Positions 60,214-64,000 of a DNA stretch of 64,000 nucleotides are shown one piece after another. The position numbers and the translations under genes were made by a program. The DNA is from Nitrosopumilus sp. Lineage in GTDB: Archaea; Thermoproteota; Nitrososphaeria; Nitrososphaerales; Nitrosopumilaceae. Numbering within the stretch: the stretch's first letter is position 1; every line of letters begins with the position of its first letter. A model generated the notes under the pieces. The model ran no database searches. It worked only from the letters and a program-made list of their open reading frames with translations, and was not told the origin of the DNA. Location: the NCBI GenBank assembly GCA_965214775.1, contig OZ243974.1, forward strand, positions 2,624,001-2,688,000. The letters run 5' to 3'.

Positions 60214-61500
60214 ATGGTTTTTGTAAAGACTCACGATATAAACGAACTTACGGCTGAACTTATCGGAAACCAGGTGGTTCTTGGCGGATGGGTGGAGGAT
60301 TTTAGAAAATTAGGCAAGATGTCATTTATCACACTGCGCGATGTGACAGGAATCTCCCAGGTCATCGTCAAGGGGCAACTAAATGACAGACTGGGTGAGA
60401 TAAACCGTCAAAGCGTCGTTTCCGTAAAAGGAGTGGTTCAGGAAACCAGAGCACGTGACTTTGCTTTTGAGATCAAGGCAGACGAAATTGACGTGTTGGG
60501 CAAAGCAGTTCATCCATTGCCAGTTGATCCCATCGGCAGAGTTCAAAGCAACATCGATACAAGACTGAATCATCGTGCATTAGACATGAGAAACCAGAAA
60601 ACAGCATCCATCTTCAAGATGAGACACCATGTGCTGCAATCATTGAGAAAAACTTTGGCCGAGAAAAAATTTATCGAGATCACAACTCCAAAAATCATCG
60701 GCAGTGCAAGCGAGGGCGGTGCAAATCTGTTTTCCTTGGAATACTTTGGACAAACCGCATACCTGGCACAGAGCCCTCAGTTGTACAAAGAACAGATGAC
60801 AGTTGGATTGGAAAGAGTCTTTGAGATTTCAAACTTTTATCGCGCAGAAAACTCCCACACAGGACGGCACTTGTCAGAATTTACCAGCATCGACATAGAG
60901 GCGGCATTCATGGATTACAATGATGTAATGGATGTGCTAGAATCGCTGGTAATAAATGTCTACAAACACACTTTTGAGAACTGCAAGGCAGAGCAAGAAG
61001 CAATCGGCCATGCCATAAAAGTTCCAAAATCGCCATTTGACAGAGTTACATACTCTCAATGCGTTGATGAACTCAAGGGTGTCGGCCAGAAGATTGAATT
61101 TGGGGATGACCTGTTGGATTCGCATCTCAGGATCATCGGCGAGAATCATCCGGGACTCTTCTTTCTGACTGACTGGCCAATGAAACTCAAACCGTTTTAC
61201 ATCAGGGAAAAAGACGAGGATCCGGAACTGTCACGCTCATTTGACTTGCAGTACGGGTATTTGGAGCTGTCATCTGGCGGAACCAGACTCCACAATCCAG
61301 ACACCCTCAAAGCGCGTCTAAAAGAGCAGGGTCTGGATCCGGCACAGTTCCAAGACCACCTAAAGACCTTTGATTGGGGAATGCCTCCGCATTCAGGTTG
61401 GGGCATGGGATTAGACAGGCTGATGACCACGCTGATTGGCATTGACAATGTCCGCGAAGTTGTGCTGTATCCAAGGGATCCAGACAGATTGAAGCCTTGA
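60214..61500 (+). CDS. aspS: Aspartate-tRNA(Asp/Asn) ligase
   Basis: FITLRD, SEGGA, LAQSPQLYKE, RHLSEF, GMPPHSGWGMGLDR. Confidence 0.97.
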   Translation: MVFVKTHDINELTAELIGNQVVLGGWVEDFRKLGKMSFITLRDVTGISQVIVKGQLNDRLGEINRQSVVSVKGVVQETRARDFAFEIKADEIDVLGKAVHPLPVDPIGRVQSNIDTRLNHRALDMRNQKTASIFKMRHHVLQSLRKTLAEKKFIEITTPKIIGSASEGGANLFSLEYFGQTAYLAQSPQLYKEQMTVGLERVFEISNFYRAENSHTGRHLSEFTSIDIEAAFMDYNDVMDVLESLVINVYKHTFENCKAEQEAIGHAIKVPKSPFDRVTYSQCVDELKGVGQKIEFGDDLLDSHLRIIGENHPGLFFLTDWPMKLKPFYIREKDEDPELSRSFDLQYGYLELSSGGTRLHNPDTLKARLKEQGLDPAQFQDHLKTFDWGMPPHSGWGMGLDRLMTTLIGIDNVREVVLYPRDPDRLKP

Positions 61501-61737
61501 GTTTTGAGAAAGACATTCATTCATGCACTCAAGGCAGCAGCACTGCAGAAAGCAGGGCAGAAAATTAAAAGACTGCAAGAGTGCAAGGATTTGGCTAAAA
61601 AACGGTTGTGAGATGACAATGTCGAAGGTACTGTATCAAGACTGAAAAAACCCGTGGAAACTAGAGCAGAAACACCGACTAGTTCCAAGAGCTCAGGCAG
61701 ATTCAAATTTTTATTGTGTCGTTGTTTTGGAGTGATT

Positions 61738-61986
61738 ATGATAGAGCAAGAAGACGCAAAAAAAGTAGCAGAAGTAATTGGAAACAATCTGATCGGAGTC
61801 TCGCATGATTCGGCCAGTTTTTCCAAGTTGCCAGATGATTTTTGGGGATATTTTGCAAGAGGCCACGACGCAAAGGGAAACTTTGGCGTAATTGTTACCT
61901 ATTCGGAGGACCGAAAAGACGTTGATGAGTTGATCAAAATGTACGAGGAATGGGCAGTAAAACACAAGGGCAATGATTCAGAATAG
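61738..61986 (+). CDS. Hypothetical protein
   Basis: 82-aa ORF from MIEQEDAKKV. Confidence 0.65.
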   Translation: MIEQEDAKKVAEVIGNNLIGVSHDSASFSKLPDDFWGYFARGHDAKGNFGVIVTYSEDRKDVDELIKMYEEWAVKHKGNDSE

Positions 61987-61989
61987 AAA

Positions 61990-62121
61990 CTATTTTGTTT
62001 CTCGCAATAGTTTTCTGTAACCCTGGCACTCTTTGCATATGGGCTTTCCCTTGTATTTCGGGTTGCCGTCTTTGATTTTTAGTGTTCCCTCAACCAGTTT
62101 GCAGATGCAGCACTTTGCCAT
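61990..62121 (-). CDS. 43-aa zinc-finger microprotein
   Basis: MAKCCICKLVEGTLKIKDGNPKYKGKPICKECQGYRKLLRETK. Confidence 0.65.
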   Translation of the reverse strand: MAKCCICKLVEGTLKIKDGNPKYKGKPICKECQGYRKLLRETK

Positions 62122-62279
62122 CAATTAAAGGATAGTTGTGTGGCTAATAAATTTACAAGTTGCCTGTCGTGCAAAAGATATGTCCTCATCCTCCTCCTCG
62201 AATCAGCAGGCCTTTTGCCAAAGATTGCTGCGTGTCAGTTCTGGCTCTAATTCCGAGTCGACTCAGCGGACAGCTCACA

Positions 62280-62549
62280 TCAGGTGATTTTTCTGGGATT
62301 TTTAGCCCTGTACCTGATCCAGACGGCTAGGATAAAAATTCCATATCCTGGCAGAACCAAAAGCAGCATAACGTTAAGCGGGACGTTTTTCCAGCAGTTG
62401 CTACGATCGGCTTCGGGGTACCATGCCGGATAGAAACAGGCATCCGGCGTGTGCTGCGCACCTATTATGACAGTGGCAAAGAAAGCAAACGACAGTGCCA
62501 ATCCTGTAATTACAAAAAATGTACGAGAAAACTTCAACGCATGTTTCAT
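62280..62549 (-). CDS. Small two-TM membrane protein
   Basis: Two hydrophobic helices flanking a Cys-Cys loop. Confidence 0.55.
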   Translation of the reverse strand: MKHALKFSRTFFVITGLALSFAFFATVIIGAQHTPDACFYPAWYPEADRSNCWKNVPLNVMLLLVLPGYGIFILAVWIRYRAKNPRKIT

Positions 62550-62585
62550 TACTCGACGATAATTTTTGTGCGTTCACAGGCAAAT

Positions 62586-62665
62586 AGACTTTATGCGTAA
62601 TCGATCTGAATGAGACGAATTTGTTCGTAATAATCCTGGATCTGAACCGATTACGCATAAAGTCT
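62586..62665. mobile_element. 80-bp IS5-derived MITE
   Basis: Perfect 18-bp TIR AGACTTTATGCGTAATCG; TSD AAT. Confidence 0.92.
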
Positions 62666-62775
62666 AATACGGGTTTGCCGGCCCGCCGCCGTAGGGTCGC
62701 GGTGGTCTTTGTAGGAGTTACATTCCTGTCTACTGTAAACTGACAAGATTGAATGATTTTTTGCGCTTCTGACTG

Positions 62776-63024
62776 CTATTCATAGACACTACTTCTGTGT
62801 CCTGCTGATACAGCATACACTAGCAGTTTGCGTCTGACTAGTTGCATGATTACTCGGTAGTTGCCTACACGTAAGCTATTCAGCGGAGCTCCTTTGAGCC
62901 TTTTTGTAAAACGAAAAGGATCCTCTGCACACTCTTCAACTGCATCAATAATCCCTTGTTGCTGCGTTTTGTCAATCTTTGAAAATTCTTTGATGGCCTT
63001 GTCGGACCAATCTATGTCCCACAC
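62776..63024 (-). CDS. RelE/ParE family toxin
   Basis: WDIDWSDKAIKEFSKID...KRLKG...LRVGNYRVI...GHRSSVY. Confidence 0.92.
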   Translation of the reverse strand: MWDIDWSDKAIKEFSKIDKTQQQGIIDAVEECAEDPFRFTKRLKGAPLNSLRVGNYRVIMQLVRRKLLVYAVSAGHRSSVYE

Positions 63025-63026
63025 GT

Positions 63027-63254
63027 CTATTTGAGTCCGAATTTCTTTTTTACATCATTGTGTGACATGATGCGACCACTTTTGATGTCTTCTAGTCCTT
63101 TTTGTACATCTGCAAGCTCTTGTTTAGTTAGAATTACATCCTTGTTGTAGTGCTCCAGAATGCGTACCACTACACTTTCCAGAGGTTCCTTTGGATAGTT
63201 GCGGTGACTTGCAAGCTCTTCTTTAACTTTTAAAGACATTTTTACCGTGCTCAT
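63027..63254 (-). CDS. Antitoxin of the RelE toxin
   Basis: MSTVKMS...KGLEDIKSGRIMSHNDVKKKFGL; directly upstream of toxin. Confidence 0.85.
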   Translation of the reverse strand: MSTVKMSLKVKEELASHRNYPKEPLESVVVRILEHYNKDVILTKQELADVQKGLEDIKSGRIMSHNDVKKKFGLK

Positions 63255-63308
63255 TTATACTACGATATACCATGGTGCCGTATGGTATAATAACATGATC
63301 ATTTGTGT

Positions 63309-64000
63309 AGTTTGTTGCATAACTCCGACTAGAGCCAAGTCAGTCCGCCCGGATCATGACCGGCGCCCGGTTCCTACACGGCAGCCACCGCCTCTGCGAT
63401 CCACTTGTTGTACAGCCATATCCTCAACTTTACCTCCTGCACTATATTGGACCACTTGAGGGCCATTACACATTCGCCGAACATACGCTTTATGGCCGAT
63501 ATCACGATCTCGACGATCCATCTGCTGCCAAAGCCGACCGTGCTCTTCCAGTACCGCAGGTTCTCCTGTCTTTCCTCCTTTGAGAGATCACCCACCGGCA
63601 CCTCGGGGCCGCCCCCGAGCTGCCATCGCACCAGCCGGCCCCACTTGTCGCCGGTGCCCTTGCCCCTTGCATTGCAACTTGTCAAAAGCCGTATGAGCGG
63701 TTTTATGCCGCGTTTGTGGCACTCGGCCACGTTCTTCCTTGAGCCGTATGCGCCGTCTGCAAGCAGGATCTTTCCCGGTATATCTGGATTCGCGCCGGTA
63801 CCGAGTACAACCAGCGGCTATGTCCCGTCTGCAAGCATGTTGGGGATCTTGACTGCATCCGCGCTGTCGGTGCGGTTCTGCTCCTCTTCCTTCTTGATGT
63901 TCTTGACTGCATCCGCGCTGTCGGTGCGGTTCTGCTCCTCTTCCTTCTTGATGTTCTTGACTGCATCCGCGCTGTCGGTGCGGTTCTGCTCCTCTTCCTT
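63309..64000 (-). mobile_element. IS5 (IS903-like) element, 3' part, runs off the window; 54-bp tandem repeat at 63847-64000
   Basis: TIR AGTTTGTTGCATAAC; LADGAYGSR...RWIVEIVISAIKRMFG; homologous to 11680-12922. Confidence 0.88.

Noticed and set aside
63847-64000. 54-bp periodicity as CRISPR array
   Set aside because: Units are fully identical with no spacers and lie in a transposase frame.

Overview
Chromosomal segment of an ammonia-oxidising archaeon (Nitrosopumilaceae/Thaumarchaeota). This is inferred from EF-1alpha, rps10, rpoP, FBP aldolase/phosphatase, ATP-dependent ligase, endA, PINA, DnaJ-ferredoxin and aspS. The core genes are broken up by a very dense set of insertion sequences (IS110, several IS5 groups, IS630, IS66, IS481, ISH3, an IS6-like fragment) and at least seven MITE families, many nested in each other. 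Several host genes are disrupted (tldD, a GNAT toxin, a matrixin protease, HicA, a NusA-like gene), which suggests a host-associated lineage in early genome decay (inference). Top signals: (1) two paralogous archaeal IS110 non-coding ends with bridge-RNA architecture, each carrying a different guide segment that matches its own insertion junction at the same 95-nt offset; (2) an unnamed ~55-bp GGAACTGG... end-like repeat at core/accessory boundaries, two copies of which bracket a secreted protease cassette; (3) a matrixin plus putative TIMP-like gene pair; (4) MITEs whose autonomous partners are in the same window. No rRNA, tRNA or CRISPR array was found. All calls come from manual motif reading; no database searches were run.
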